This document shows, piece after piece, positions 34,541-44,542 of a DNA stretch of 64,000 nt. This stretch comes from a virus, in the IMG/VR virus record IMGVR_UViG_3300034691_000040, positions 1 to 64,000 of that record; one strand, 5' to 3'. Position numbers and translations under genes: made by a program. Each line of letters begins with the position of its first letter. Position 1 is the first letter of the stretch. Below the pieces are notes generated by a model. The model worked only from the letters and a program-made list of their open reading frames with translations. It was not told where the DNA came from and did no database searches.

Positions 34541-36820
34541 ATGAGTCTCATCCGCATCAACAAGGAACAATACGTTACCAAGTCCGGCCTCGACGCCAAC
34601 GCTTTGGTCACCCACGTCAACGGCGGCAGCGGCTACAGCGTTGAAGGCAAGGAGCTGGTTTCCTCGCTCAAAGACGGCAGCTTCGAAGGCAAGATCCAAC
34701 TCGGCACCATCGCCGATAAACTGAAGTCGACCCTGAGCTTCGAAGGCGCTGCTGTCTCCGCCGACGGCAAGCCTGATTACAGCTTCAACTCGCGTCAAGC
34801 CGGTCTGGCCTCCGCTTCCCTGATCATGGCCTTCGCCGCCGATCCTGCTGCTTACCAGCGCGCCTGCATCTCCTTCGAGCAGAAAGCTCTGCCAGAAGGT
34901 TCGAGCATCGCCAACGCCACCGGCCTGGAACACGACTCGATCTCCGAGTTCTACTCCAAGGAATCCTTCGACAACCAAAACCTGGTTGACTCGTTGTTCC
35001 TCTCGGTTGGCCTGAACTACAAAATCGCCCGCCAAGGCCCAGCAATGGACATGATGTACCGTCCACTGCCGATGACCCCGGACCAAGGCGCGTTCGACAT
35101 CGAGATCCCTTGCCTGTACGTTCAAAACAACGTCAAGCACGCTCAAGATGGCAGCCCATCCGACTTCGGCCTGCGCCGTGTACTCGACGCCGCGATCGAC
35201 CACGAAATCCTGAACGACAACGCTACAGCCGTAATCCCAGGCTATAACGATGCCACCAAGGAAAACTTCGTCGAAACCGCAGTGGTTGCACCGTTCGAAA
35301 AAACCGAAGGCCGTCGCGTCGTAACGACCAGCGCCCTGAAAGTGAACCGGACCATCAACCTGTTCGGCCTGGGCAACGTGGACAACATCCAACGCGTTGG
35401 TCAAGCGGATTACTCCGAAGCTCTCGACCGTAACATCGGCGTGGCCTCGGTGTTCCTGCGTCTGGGTAGCGATACCCTGGTTGTTGATACCCGCATGGCT
35501 CCGTACAGCCGTTTCTACAAAGGTCCAGAACAAGGCGGCCGTTCGGTCAAGCTGTCCTTCCCTGTGACCCTGCTGGAACTGAACAAAGATAGCATGAACT
35601 ACCTGGGTGAAGCCCTGTCGGCTCCGGTGTTCGGCATCATTGCCAACGGCAAGTACACCGTGCGCTGCAAGTTCACCCTGAACGGTGATGGCGACGTTGA
35701 ACGTGGTACCGTGAGCGTCAACCCTTCGCAAGTCGAAGTGATGTCGATCTACGACGAACTGGGCGGCGCTGTGTCCCTGACCGGCACCGTTGGTCTGAGC
35801 ATCGTGAACGGCCTGCAAGCCATCGTTGTTTCCGGCTGGTATCCTGATGCCCGCCTGACCAACAGCAACCACCGTTACCTGGGTCTGCAACTGAACACCC
35901 GTCCGGTGCGTGAGCGTCTGCTCAGCCGTACTCGTGCTCCGTTCTTCGTTCCTTACCCACTGGGTGAAGAGCGCGACCAAACCGTTCTGGATCAGTTGAC
36001 CTACGTCGTTGGCCAATACACCAACAACGAAGCCATCGGTACCATGATCGGTTACCACGAACGCACCATGCGGCTCACCAACGGCGGCCTGCGTGGCAAC
36101 CTGACCATGGGCGACTTCGAGCTGAACTCCAAGCCGATCGAAGGTATCAGCCGCTGGTTGATCAACCCGTACGTCGTCGAGCTGAACGTTGACTTCCGTA
36201 ACGCTCAGTCGCTGGAAACCAGCAACAACGTCGAGAACGCCTGCGAAACCCTGTTCAACGTGCTGCGCTCTGCCGCCTTCGACGGCCTGCAACGTTCCAA
36301 CTACGAAACCGTGTGCCGGTTCGTGGATGGTGGCGAAGTGGCCAACAAATGGCGCCTGGCGATCGTTACCAGCCCGAAAATCAAGCGCTTCCTGACCCTG
36401 CAAGGCGACAGCCGTACCCTGGGTGCGGATCTGCCATTCCAGCTGGAAAGCGACATCGACAACCGCATGAACGGCAAGCTCTACATGGGCCTGGTCCGCG
36501 ACGGCGATGGTTTCGACCCAATGTCCAACGGCATCATGCTGTTGACTCCGACAATGGTTACCACCATCACCGCTACCCGCGACAACTCGCCGCGTAAAGA
36601 AGCAGTGGTTCAACCACGTTTCCAACACTACCAAATCCTGCCGTGGCTGATCAAAGTCAACGTGTTCGGCGTGGACGAACTGTTGGAATCCACCCTGCCT
36701 TTTCGTGTCGAAAACAAGCCGGTTGCAGCTTTCGGTGGTGATGCCATCGTCCCAGCTCCAGTCACCACTACCGCAGTTGCACCAGTGAATGGCGCAGCTG
36801 ATAGCGGTGCCGGCGCGTAA
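34541..36820 (+). CDS. Major capsid protein (phiKZ gp120-like)
   Basis: 759 aa; propeptide with SFE repeats ending SKESFD; extreme codon bias; synteny with DnaB and RNAP beta. Confidence 0.9.
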   Translation: MSLIRINKEQYVTKSGLDANALVTHVNGGSGYSVEGKELVSSLKDGSFEGKIQLGTIADKLKSTLSFEGAAVSADGKPDYSFNSRQAGLASASLIMAFAADPAAYQRACISFEQKALPEGSSIANATGLEHDSISEFYSKESFDNQNLVDSLFLSVGLNYKIARQGPAMDMMYRPLPMTPDQGAFDIEIPCLYVQNNVKHAQDGSPSDFGLRRVLDAAIDHEILNDNATAVIPGYNDATKENFVETAVVAPFEKTEGRRVVTTSALKVNRTINLFGLGNVDNIQRVGQADYSEALDRNIGVASVFLRLGSDTLVVDTRMAPYSRFYKGPEQGGRSVKLSFPVTLLELNKDSMNYLGEALSAPVFGIIANGKYTVRCKFTLNGDGDVERGTVSVNPSQVEVMSIYDELGGAVSLTGTVGLSIVNGLQAIVVSGWYPDARLTNSNHRYLGLQLNTRPVRERLLSRTRAPFFVPYPLGEERDQTVLDQLTYVVGQYTNNEAIGTMIGYHERTMRLTNGGLRGNLTMGDFELNSKPIEGISRWLINPYVVELNVDFRNAQSLETSNNVENACETLFNVLRSAAFDGLQRSNYETVCRFVDGGEVANKWRLAIVTSPKIKRFLTLQGDSRTLGADLPFQLESDIDNRMNGKLYMGLVRDGDGFDPMSNGIMLLTPTMVTTITATRDNSPRKEAVVQPRFQHYQILPWLIKVNVFGVDELLESTLPFRVENKPVAAFGGDAIVPAPVTTTAVAPVNGAADSGAGA

Positions 36821-36850
36821 CTGAGCAATCAGTGAGCGGTAGGTAGTCAA

Positions 36851-36881
36851 CATAGAGCCCGGCGCAATGCCGGGCTCTATG
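36851..36881. terminator. Hairpin (CATA...TATG family) after the capsid gene
   Basis: Perfect 13-bp stem CATAGAGCCCGGC / GCCGGGCTCTATG, no T-run. Confidence 0.75.
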
Positions 36882-36903
36882 CCGTAACTATTCATTTTAT
36901 TGC

Positions 36904-36930
36904 TCAACACGATTACAGCAATACATTACT
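36904..36930 (+). promoter_or_regulatory. Putative early/middle promoter (divergent copy of 27-nt motif)
   Basis: TCAACACGATTACAGCAATACATTACT, 17/27 match, core TACATTAC; heads the operon with the RNAP beta gene. Confidence 0.5.
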
Positions 36931-36999
36931 ATTTAGTAGAGCGGAAAGAATAAAAGGGACACTCCAACTAGAGTGAAAATTAACTAGGGGCCATTACCT

Positions 37000-38115
37000 A
37001 TGACGTCAAAAGATCATCGGGTAAGTGTGTTGGATACTTGTTCCTATTCGCCGCGTTATGGGGGGTTCGCCTTAACGCACGATTCCAGCAACACTTATTC
37101 GAAGACCGTAAGGTACGTTAATAATACCAAACAAGAAGTCGACGTTAAAGAACGTAGTGGTGTGGTCGTGGCGCTTGCGCCGAATCCGTACCAGCAAACG
37201 CGTGTTGAATCAATCGAGATTGAGGTTGAGTGGCGCATGACCAATCAGTGTTTCATGGAAACAGCTGATCGGTTAGCGGAAGGTCATCCAGGTGACCCAC
37301 TACTTAAGGTCGTGATTGAAGCGTTTGATAACCGCAATAAGCGTGGTGGTAAAGAGACTGAGACATCTTCTTTGGCCCTAAGCATTAGCTTTCCGCTCGA
37401 AGACTTGCGCAAGGCAGGTGGTTCAGTTTATCTTGAAGAGTTAGACATTACTTTAGGCATGCCTATTATGCCAGGTAGTCGAAAAATCAACCATCCGTTC
37501 GAGCCGCGTGAACGTGTGAAGAAATCTTTCGCAAGTTCGGTTCCCTTCGTGACGAATGAAACATTCTTGTTCTCCATGAAGGCAATTAATAATGATCAAG
37601 TGGCTAAAAACCACGATCGTTTTATGCTGCTTGGTAGTCAGGTGTACCGAGTACCGGTGGAGCGAGACCCGCACCATCAGAACGGTATCCACATCGTCAG
37701 ACGGCGCAATGCTGATAGTGATCCTCCAGACGTAGGTACTGTAGTCGAGGAACACATGACGTTTGAGGAGGCTGATAAACGATTTAGGCTTTACGATACT
37801 GTTGAAATGGCCCGCAAGATGGGCGATCCTGAAGTGCACTTTAAGCTCGAACTTGCAGAGATGGGTCGAGCGCAAAAGATCGAAGAGATTGCACAGAAAC
37901 GAGTGGATGCTGAAGATGCTGCTGTAATCACTGCGCGCCGGTTAGATCTGGAACGAGAGAGGTTAGAGATGGCAACGGCAAAAGCCCGTGAAGACTTAGC
38001 CAAAGACAGGGTGAGGAACTTTGGCGACTGGGTAGGTCTGTGTGGCAAGTTCTTATTGGTGGCATTAGGGGCGCTTACATCGCTTGCGAAGTTGAGTACC
38101 TTAAAACCAGTTTAA
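37000..38115 (+). CDS. Conserved hypothetical protein with C-terminal coiled-coil and hydrophobic tail
   Basis: 371-aa ORF between capsid and RNAP genes. Confidence 0.7.
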   Translation: MTSKDHRVSVLDTCSYSPRYGGFALTHDSSNTYSKTVRYVNNTKQEVDVKERSGVVVALAPNPYQQTRVESIEIEVEWRMTNQCFMETADRLAEGHPGDPLLKVVIEAFDNRNKRGGKETETSSLALSISFPLEDLRKAGGSVYLEELDITLGMPIMPGSRKINHPFEPRERVKKSFASSVPFVTNETFLFSMKAINNDQVAKNHDRFMLLGSQVYRVPVERDPHHQNGIHIVRRRNADSDPPDVGTVVEEHMTFEEADKRFRLYDTVEMARKMGDPEVHFKLELAEMGRAQKIEEIAQKRVDAEDAAVITARRLDLERERLEMATAKAREDLAKDRVRNFGDWVGLCGKFLLVALGALTSLAKLSTLKPV

Positions 38116-38126
38116 ATAGGCCCAGC

Positions 38127-39770
38127 ATGGATATTGAGTGGTTCAACGATTTACAAGCGGACAGGCCCAAGTTCAACCAAGACATCATCGATGGTATTGC
38201 GTATAAGGAACTCAAGAAGGCTGAAGACCGCGTAGTCAATGTCATTCATTGCGCGGAACCTAGCTTTCCTGATAAGTTCGAGTTCTTGGGTGCTTCTGTT
38301 TGTGGACCACGGGAAACGTTTCAAGTCATCGCCGGCGGGTTAACCAAATCCAACCGGATGCCACCTACCGTGGATCTGGCCATCACCGATGCTAAGCTGG
38401 TAAAGTTCCAGTTCGCGTTTGATGACCGGGAATTATATCCTCGGTATTTCTACGTGCCCTATAGTCGCCTCGGTGGCTTCATGGGCATTGCAGGCAACCA
38501 GTTCCTGATCAGTGCAGTCTTGGCAGACCCATGCTTTAGCGTGGGCACTGACCATGTCTTCCTGCGTGTGAACCGGGCGCCGATGACGTTCAAGCTTGTT
38601 GATACGACCATGCGTATTGATGGCGTGTTAGCCAGTCGGGACATCCCGTACAGTTGGCTTCACCACAAAGGGGCCTCTAACAAGACCTCTGAAAGTGATG
38701 TATTGCAGTTAGGGCATGTTGTCACCACGTTACCGCATTATTTGTTCTGCAAGTACGGCCTGCGCGAAGCTTTCAAGAAGTTCTGCAAAGTCGACGTCAT
38801 CATTCAGCACGAAGACGAACCTGTAGATACAAAAGAATACGTGGTGTTCTCAAGCCAGAAGGTAAACAAGCCACGCACTCTGAAAATGAAGGCTGACTTG
38901 TACAAACTGATAGCATCGCCCATGGTGCTGTTGGTGCCTCGTAAGAAACAGTCGGAGTTGGTGAATCAGTTTGCAGCTGCGTTCTTCTACATCGTCGACC
39001 ACTTCCCAGAAGCACGGGAGGTTGAAGACCTGATGGGGGATGAGCTGTGGAAAGTATGGCTGGGGTATGTGTTGTTCGGCGATCAGCTGGGACGGCACAA
39101 GTTGGTTGAGAACGTTGAGAACCACCTTGTCAGAGGTATTGACGAGTATGTGGATCATGACTGTCGGCAGATGCTGTACGATGAGGAAAACCTCATCATC
39201 AACGACATCTACGAGCTGTTCATCTACTTGATCAACAACATCAAGGGGATGATTCAGAACAGTGAGAAAGATATCGCTAGCATGTTCGGTAAGCGCTTAA
39301 CTGTCGCGCCGTATGTGCTACGCGATATCACCAGTCAGGTCATGCGGTGTTTGTTTGAAATCACAAACAACCGCAAGAAGGTGTTGAAGTTCGATGACTA
39401 TAACAAGATCCTTGGTAAGTTCTTCAGACACACTGAAGTGTTCAATCTGAGAAAGACCAATGAGAAACGGTTCATGTCGTCTGTATCGACGCCTGGAGAT
39501 AACCTTCTCTTCAAACTCACAACCAAGATTGTTAAGCAAGCCCACACCTCAGGTAGCAAGAAGGCGCCTAGCGTTAACGTGAATGATCCTTCAAGCTGGC
39601 TGCACTATTCGTCTCTTGAGGCGGGTAACTACGGCATGCTACCTAAGCACGGACCCCTTGCAAACAATACCATCAGCCCAACCGTCAAACTGGATGAGAA
39701 CAACACCATCGTCGAGAAAGAACACCTCAAAGCTACAAACGCCTACGTTAACTACGTTATTCGCCGTTAA
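38127..39770 (+). CDS. Non-virion RNA polymerase beta subunit, N-terminal part (phiKZ gp123-like)
   Basis: 547 aa from ATG 38127; YFYVPY...IAGNQFLISAVLAD and WLHYSSLEAG...LP motifs; synteny after the capsid gene. Confidence 0.8.
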   Translation: MDIEWFNDLQADRPKFNQDIIDGIAYKELKKAEDRVVNVIHCAEPSFPDKFEFLGASVCGPRETFQVIAGGLTKSNRMPPTVDLAITDAKLVKFQFAFDDRELYPRYFYVPYSRLGGFMGIAGNQFLISAVLADPCFSVGTDHVFLRVNRAPMTFKLVDTTMRIDGVLASRDIPYSWLHHKGASNKTSESDVLQLGHVVTTLPHYLFCKYGLREAFKKFCKVDVIIQHEDEPVDTKEYVVFSSQKVNKPRTLKMKADLYKLIASPMVLLVPRKKQSELVNQFAAAFFYIVDHFPEAREVEDLMGDELWKVWLGYVLFGDQLGRHKLVENVENHLVRGIDEYVDHDCRQMLYDEENLIINDIYELFIYLINNIKGMIQNSEKDIASMFGKRLTVAPYVLRDITSQVMRCLFEITNNRKKVLKFDDYNKILGKFFRHTEVFNLRKTNEKRFMSSVSTPGDNLLFKLTTKIVKQAHTSGSKKAPSVNVNDPSSWLHYSSLEAGNYGMLPKHGPLANNTISPTVKLDENNTIVEKEHLKATNAYVNYVIRR

Positions 39771-39796
39771 AAAACCGCCCGTTCCCTGGAGTGCCT

Positions 39797-41659
39797 ATGT
39801 ATAATGGTGGAGAGGACCGTCGATTAGTCGACTATGTCTTCAAGAGTTGCGCCGACCTGATTGATCGAAACGCACGCCAAAGTGATTTGCGTAACGCTTA
39901 CGCGGACATGATGGCGTCAAACCAATGGGTGAACCGTGACATCGACGGTTTGGTCAACGCTATCGTTGAAGCCCTGCCTGCGCTTGAGCGCCTATTTGCT
40001 CGCGGTAATGAGCAGTTGGCCGATTGGATCGACCAGGCCATTTCGAGTATGGTGGATGGTCACTTCGCCGGCATCATCTTGAAGTCTAAGGTGGCTAACG
40101 ATCTTGACCGTAACACTTACGAAGAAATGCGCCGTGCGGCCAATGGCTTTATCGATGTGTGCAAGACGGCTCAACGTGGTGGTCGTGACATTGGCCGCGG
40201 TGATGACCGCACACCTGCGCGAGCCGTGAACGACATCGGCGCTGTCGGTAATTACCGAGGTGGCGGTGAACGTGGCAACGAGAAGGCTTCGCTGGATGAC
40301 GGCTGGTTGGAAATTGCCCGTGCTAAGCAGGGCGTGACCGATGTAGTCGAACATGTGGAAGACCGGCCTGCTTCGCCACGCTATGTTGAAGAACAGGCTC
40401 GGCAGACGCCGCTGTACCGCGAACCTGATCGTCCAGACACTGTCATCGAAGGGCCTGATTACACCAAGGCCGATCCATGGCGTGAATTCTGGCGGCAAGG
40501 CGAGCACTGGCAGATTGCCCACCATTCCAAATGGAAGCTGACAGTCGATCCAGATGCTGACATCGACGATGGCATTAAAGCAATTCCGTCGTTTTACAAC
40601 ATCAACACCCATCTCAAATATTACGTCAAGAATGAAAGCGGCGAAGTCCGTGAGGAGTTAATCGAAGTGAATGACGATAACAGATACCAAGCTCATCAGC
40701 TGCTCGCATCCGAAGACGAATCGTTCAAACCACCAGTGCGTAGCGCCGGCATGTCTCTGAACCCTCGTAAAGTCCAGCCGGCCGATGACGTGTTGGGTAA
40801 CGATGTTCTCGACACCCCCGCTCCGGCGCCTGACCTTGTGGGTATTCTGGCCACGCTGGATGAAGAAAGCCTCGTTCCAAGCGGTGACAAAACTCTGATT
40901 ACTGACAGCCTGTACGCGTCGGTATTCAGTGTCCGTGCAAAAATGATCCGTGAGAATGCGCCGACCAGCGTAGAACTCTCCGTCATGCGAACGCCAGTAT
41001 TGGTGAAGTCGATTGACCAGACCGAACTGATCAACAAGGTATTCGAAGCCCCAACCATGATGGCCGCGGCCAACGCCATGAATGAGCAGAAGCATCTGTT
41101 CGAGCCGAATTTGTGGAATGTTCTGAACGACCGTATTACCAGCAAGTTCCATCATGCCACTCGTTACGCGTTTAGCTACGACGGCCTGAGCAGCAAAGTA
41201 AAATTCGCCCAACACTTCGACAAGGTTCTGCAGCACGTCGAGGGCAAACGCGGTAAAGAATGGGCGGCATCGTATGCTTCTCGTGTGAAATACGTTCTGG
41301 CGTCCGCCTGCGGACACTTGAATGCTGAAGATTTGTCCGACGGTTTGTCGGGCTTGGGTGATCTGACAGGCATCAACGCGGTGGTCTTCTCAGACTACCA
41401 GGTTGTTGTCGCGTTGGATTACACCCTGGACCAATTGGGATTGGGTAAGGCACTTATCGACAGTCCAATGGGTCTGTCCGTATCGGGGTCGGAGCATCCG
41501 CGTCTTCACGCTGCGTTGCTGCGCGTGTACAAGAAGCTGGACGACACCTATGCGGCGATCCACATTCGCGTCGTGTTGTCGACTTCGGATAATCAGCTGG
41601 TTGAGATCGTGCCGTACAGCGTCCGCACTTCGTCCTTCGTGCTGGCTCTGCTTAACTAA
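39797..41659 (+). CDS. Conserved hypothetical protein
   Basis: About 620-aa ORF with GGAG RBS following the RNAP beta gene. Confidence 0.75.
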   Translation: MYNGGEDRRLVDYVFKSCADLIDRNARQSDLRNAYADMMASNQWVNRDIDGLVNAIVEALPALERLFARGNEQLADWIDQAISSMVDGHFAGIILKSKVANDLDRNTYEEMRRAANGFIDVCKTAQRGGRDIGRGDDRTPARAVNDIGAVGNYRGGGERGNEKASLDDGWLEIARAKQGVTDVVEHVEDRPASPRYVEEQARQTPLYREPDRPDTVIEGPDYTKADPWREFWRQGEHWQIAHHSKWKLTVDPDADIDDGIKAIPSFYNINTHLKYYVKNESGEVREELIEVNDDNRYQAHQLLASEDESFKPPVRSAGMSLNPRKVQPADDVLGNDVLDTPAPAPDLVGILATLDEESLVPSGDKTLITDSLYASVFSVRAKMIRENAPTSVELSVMRTPVLVKSIDQTELINKVFEAPTMMAAANAMNEQKHLFEPNLWNVLNDRITSKFHHATRYAFSYDGLSSKVKFAQHFDKVLQHVEGKRGKEWAASYASRVKYVLASACGHLNAEDLSDGLSGLGDLTGINAVVFSDYQVVVALDYTLDQLGLGKALIDSPMGLSVSGSEHPRLHAALLRVYKKLDDTYAAIHIRVVLSTSDNQLVEIVPYSVRTSSFVLALLN

Positions 41660-41755
41660 CTGACTTCCGCTCTACAAGCCTGAAGTCGGCAACGTAACGA
41701 CCGTGCTAGCACGGTGTAGGTCGAGTCCGTCGTCACTAATGTGATTACGGCAGGT

Positions 41756-41793
41756 TGCGGGATGTCACAAATCCCGCAGTCTTGTTTTTTTTG
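41756..41793 (+). terminator. Intrinsic terminator
   Basis: TGCGGGAT / ATCCCGCA stem followed by a T-run. Confidence 0.8.
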
Positions 41794-41806
41794 TTCCGAG
41801 GACGCT

Positions 41807-42442
41807 ATGAACATCATTGAACAACTTGCGTTTCAAGACACCGGTGGCGAGTCATTTGAAGCCGCTAAGGTGGAGTATGAAATTGAGATCTACCTTGAAG
41901 GTTTTGATATCGAGGAGGTGAAGGCTAAGGCTTCGTCTTACGAGGTTCAAGAGCAATGGGGTATCTACGTTCCAAAGACTGAGCAAAACGCCTCAGGCGG
42001 CTCTATGCGAGTCCGTAGGACCGATACCACAGAGGTCGGGAGTGTGTTTGTTCACACCACCAAGCTTGAACGTAAAGGTGCCGGTAAACCTGAGCATGAA
42101 GTAGCGGCTCATGAAGACCTGTTTGACATGTACAAGTTGATGGCCGATCAGGGTTTGATCAAGACACGTTACAACGTTCCTGCTGAATTGGCTAATGGGA
42201 CTAAATACGTTCTTGAAGTCGACGTGTTCTACAACAAGTTAGGTGAGTTGGTTCCGTGGTGTAAGATCGACGCTGAGTTTCCAGAAGGCGCTGATGTTAA
42301 GCTGACCAAGGAAGATATTCCTTTCAGTTACACGGACATCATCATCTGCACCCCTGAACAGAAGGGCGAAGATAAGGCACTGGCTAAACGCATCGGTGCT
42401 CTGTATGAAAAGTATTTCCGTACACCCAATATCGCGGTTTGA
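41807..42442 (+). CDS. CYTH / triphosphate tunnel metalloenzyme
   Basis: EYEIE (ExExK-like), EQWGIY, MRVRR, TTK, EHEV, KTRY, LEVDVF, IDAEF; GAGG RBS supports ATG 41807. Confidence 0.8.
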   Translation: MNIIEQLAFQDTGGESFEAAKVEYEIEIYLEGFDIEEVKAKASSYEVQEQWGIYVPKTEQNASGGSMRVRRTDTTEVGSVFVHTTKLERKGAGKPEHEVAAHEDLFDMYKLMADQGLIKTRYNVPAELANGTKYVLEVDVFYNKLGELVPWCKIDAEFPEGADVKLTKEDIPFSYTDIIICTPEQKGEDKALAKRIGALYEKYFRTPNIAV

Positions 42443-42452
42443 ATGAAGACAG

Positions 42453-42484
42453 CATATAGCCCGGCCAAACGGCCGGGCTATATG
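42453..42484. terminator. Bidirectional hairpin (CATA...TATG family)
   Basis: Perfect 14-bp stem CATATAGCCCGGCC-AAAC-GGCCGGGCTATATG. Confidence 0.8.
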
Positions 42485-42501
42485 ACGTTACCCAACGGAT
42501 A

Positions 42502-42939
42502 TCAGTTACCGGACAGCAACGATGCCAAGACTTTAAACATCTCAACAATGTCGGCAGCTGCCGCTCCACGCAAAGCCATCATGATCGTGACACCAGCCGC
42601 AACGAACCCCAACCCACCCAGCATAACCTGATGGAAGGCTGTTGCATTCATTGGCCCCAAAGATGGGACCGGTAACGGTAGTGGCACAGGCACAGGTGAG
42701 GGCATTGGGGCATTGGCCGGGAACGGAACACTATCAAGGCTTGCGCCGTAGATCATGTCCTTTGTACCCGCATCCAACGACTCAATTGCTAAACGTATCT
42801 CGGCAGCTTGCGCTGTATTTGGATCTAACTGACTGGCCTGTCCAATGAATCCATTCACCAGGCCTACTAAGGTCCCTTCCCATGGGAATCCTACCGCCGG
42901 GTTCTTTTCCATCAACGTAAGTGCATCTTTAACGATCAT
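42502..42939 (-). CDS. Membrane protein with Pro-rich linker
   Basis: PMPSPVPVPLPLPVP linker, then hydrophobic C-terminal helices. Confidence 0.65.
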   Translation of the reverse strand: MIVKDALTLMEKNPAVGFPWEGTLVGLVNGFIGQASQLDPNTAQAAEIRLAIESLDAGTKDMIYGASLDSVPFPANAPMPSPVPVPLPLPVPSLGPMNATAFHQVMLGGLGFVAAGVTIMMALRGAAAADIVEMFKVLASLLSGN

Positions 42940-42963
42940 GGGAACCCCCGGTTATCAATCTGT

Positions 42964-43608
42964 CTAGTTCATTCCTCTCGCAGGCAATGTTAGGGCAAAC
43001 TGTTCAGCTTTGCCACTTCTCAACCAAAATGCATTCAAGCTAACTCGTGTCCCAACGGCGTGCGCTACGGCAATCGCATCGACCGCGTGTTCGTCAAACC
43101 TTTCTATCGACAATCCATTGTCAAACACAATGCTTTTGTTAATACCAATCATTTCACGAATGTGTTCTTTACTATTGCCGTACTGACCAACAGGACACAC
43201 TGCTTTTTTTGCACTGCCTGGAGCAACCTTTTCAAATTCCAAAGTCGTACAATAGTTGAAAGCTGTTTCTGCCAATCCATTCATTGCCGTTGTAAGCGCA
43301 GCAAACGATTGAGCGTGAAGATGTTGAAACGGCGATTCGCAACCAATTACATCAGGGTCAAATTCAGTAAGCACCTCCCAGAAGAACGTTGAAATGACAT
43401 CCAGTCTGGCGTGCATCTTTCCACGGGCATCTAACCTACCTTCGTGTCGGGTGTACGCCGTCTTACTGGCCGTGAGTGTTTCAGCATGAACAACTTTGGA
43501 AATACCCGTGATGAGGTGATGATCGATGACGGCTACCCCGACAGTATCGGTACCGTTGTCGACACCCAATACGCGGTAAATGAACTTGTCGTCTGTAAGC
43601 TCGATCAT
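42964..43608 (-). CDS. ruvC: RuvC-like Holliday junction resolvase
   Basis: LGVDNG (D), GCESPF (E), PGSAKK, SKE, DEHAVDAIAVA (DxxD) catalytic motifs. Confidence 0.85.
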   Translation of the reverse strand: MIELTDDKFIYRVLGVDNGTDTVGVAVIDHHLITGISKVVHAETLTASKTAYTRHEGRLDARGKMHARLDVISTFFWEVLTEFDPDVIGCESPFQHLHAQSFAALTTAMNGLAETAFNYCTTLEFEKVAPGSAKKAVCPVGQYGNSKEHIREMIGINKSIVFDNGLSIERFDEHAVDAIAVAHAVGTRVSLNAFWLRSGKAEQFALTLPARGMN

Positions 43609-43657
43609 AACACACCTACGTCCTTTTTCAAGGACGTAGCTCCTTAACTAACTGAGA

Positions 43658-44533
43658 CTAGGGAATAACCTTCAGCGTTGGGATTGACGCAGTGCCCAGC
43701 AGTGGAACTTGGTTACCGATATCGAATCGGATGTTCAAGGTCTGGTCATTCATGTACACCGCTTTGTAGTCAGCGGCGAAGCAGTAAACCTGAGTGGCGA
43801 TCGACTCAAGGAAGTTGACCTGGCCTTGTGTCGAAGTAACCTGGATGGTGCGGTCAGCGCCGGTGCACAGAGAGAACTCGGAGATGATCGCATAACGTTC
43901 ATCGCCGCCGTTCATGATCTTAGCCACGTTGACGTACTCGGCGACATCGTTCTCGCTCAGAGGTACTTCAAAGATAGCTTTGATCGCAATCTTCACATCA
44001 GAGGCAGTAACCGCACCGGCGACTGGTAGCGTGATGGGGTCTGGATACAGGTTTGAGGTGTCCGGTACGAATGGTTCTTCTACGGTCTGTCCGTCTTCGG
44101 TGGTCATCTTCACCATTTCGACGTTGACTTCTTCCGGGTTGATTTCGATCCGCAGACCGTAATACGCGAAATATTCAACGCCGCCGATATTGATCTGCAG
44201 ACGCAGCGCATACCGTGCACGTTGTTCCAGCGTCAGGTCATTGTCGATGGTGCGCAGACAGAAAGGCACTGGGCCAAACAATGATCCGTCGGTAGCCATG
44301 TGGTTCTGCGGACTGGTCAGGGCGATGCCGTTGTTACCAGTGACGCCGACATGACCTTTGTTACCGGCCATCAGGATACCCAACTTGACCCGCTCTGTAA
44401 GCGTGGGCACTGCCGAAGGTTCGATGTTCAACCGTTCGTTCATAGTCGAGTGATTATCAATAACCGGCGTTTTACCGATCAGCATGTGGATGAGCAACTT
44501 TGCGCCGTAGGCTGTGGCTTGTACCGTATTCAT
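43658..44533 (-). CDS. Conserved virion structural (baseplate-region) protein
   Basis: 291-aa ORF in a structural operon; call from context. Confidence 0.55.
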   Translation of the reverse strand: MNTVQATAYGAKLLIHMLIGKTPVIDNHSTMNERLNIEPSAVPTLTERVKLGILMAGNKGHVGVTGNNGIALTSPQNHMATDGSLFGPVPFCLRTIDNDLTLEQRARYALRLQINIGGVEYFAYYGLRIEINPEEVNVEMVKMTTEDGQTVEEPFVPDTSNLYPDPITLPVAGAVTASDVKIAIKAIFEVPLSENDVAEYVNVAKIMNGGDERYAIISEFSLCTGADRTIQVTSTQGQVNFLESIATQVYCFAADYKAVYMNDQTLNIRFDIGNQVPLLGTASIPTLKVIP

Positions 44534-44542
44534 GAAAAATCC

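Noticed and set aside
34511-36910. 799-aa antisense ORF over the capsid gene
   Set aside because: Shadow of extreme codon bias in the capsid gene; no RBS, no motifs, coincident extent.
32260-39770. Introns or inteins in DnaB, capsid or RNAP beta genes
   Set aside because: ORFs are continuous with sizes matching remembered phiKZ orthologs; no LAGLIDADG/HNH insertions or C...HN intein ends seen.
42502-42939. Holin call for the Pro-rich membrane protein
   Set aside because: Only hydrophobicity supports it; it is 12 kb from the endolysin and has no recognisable holin motif.
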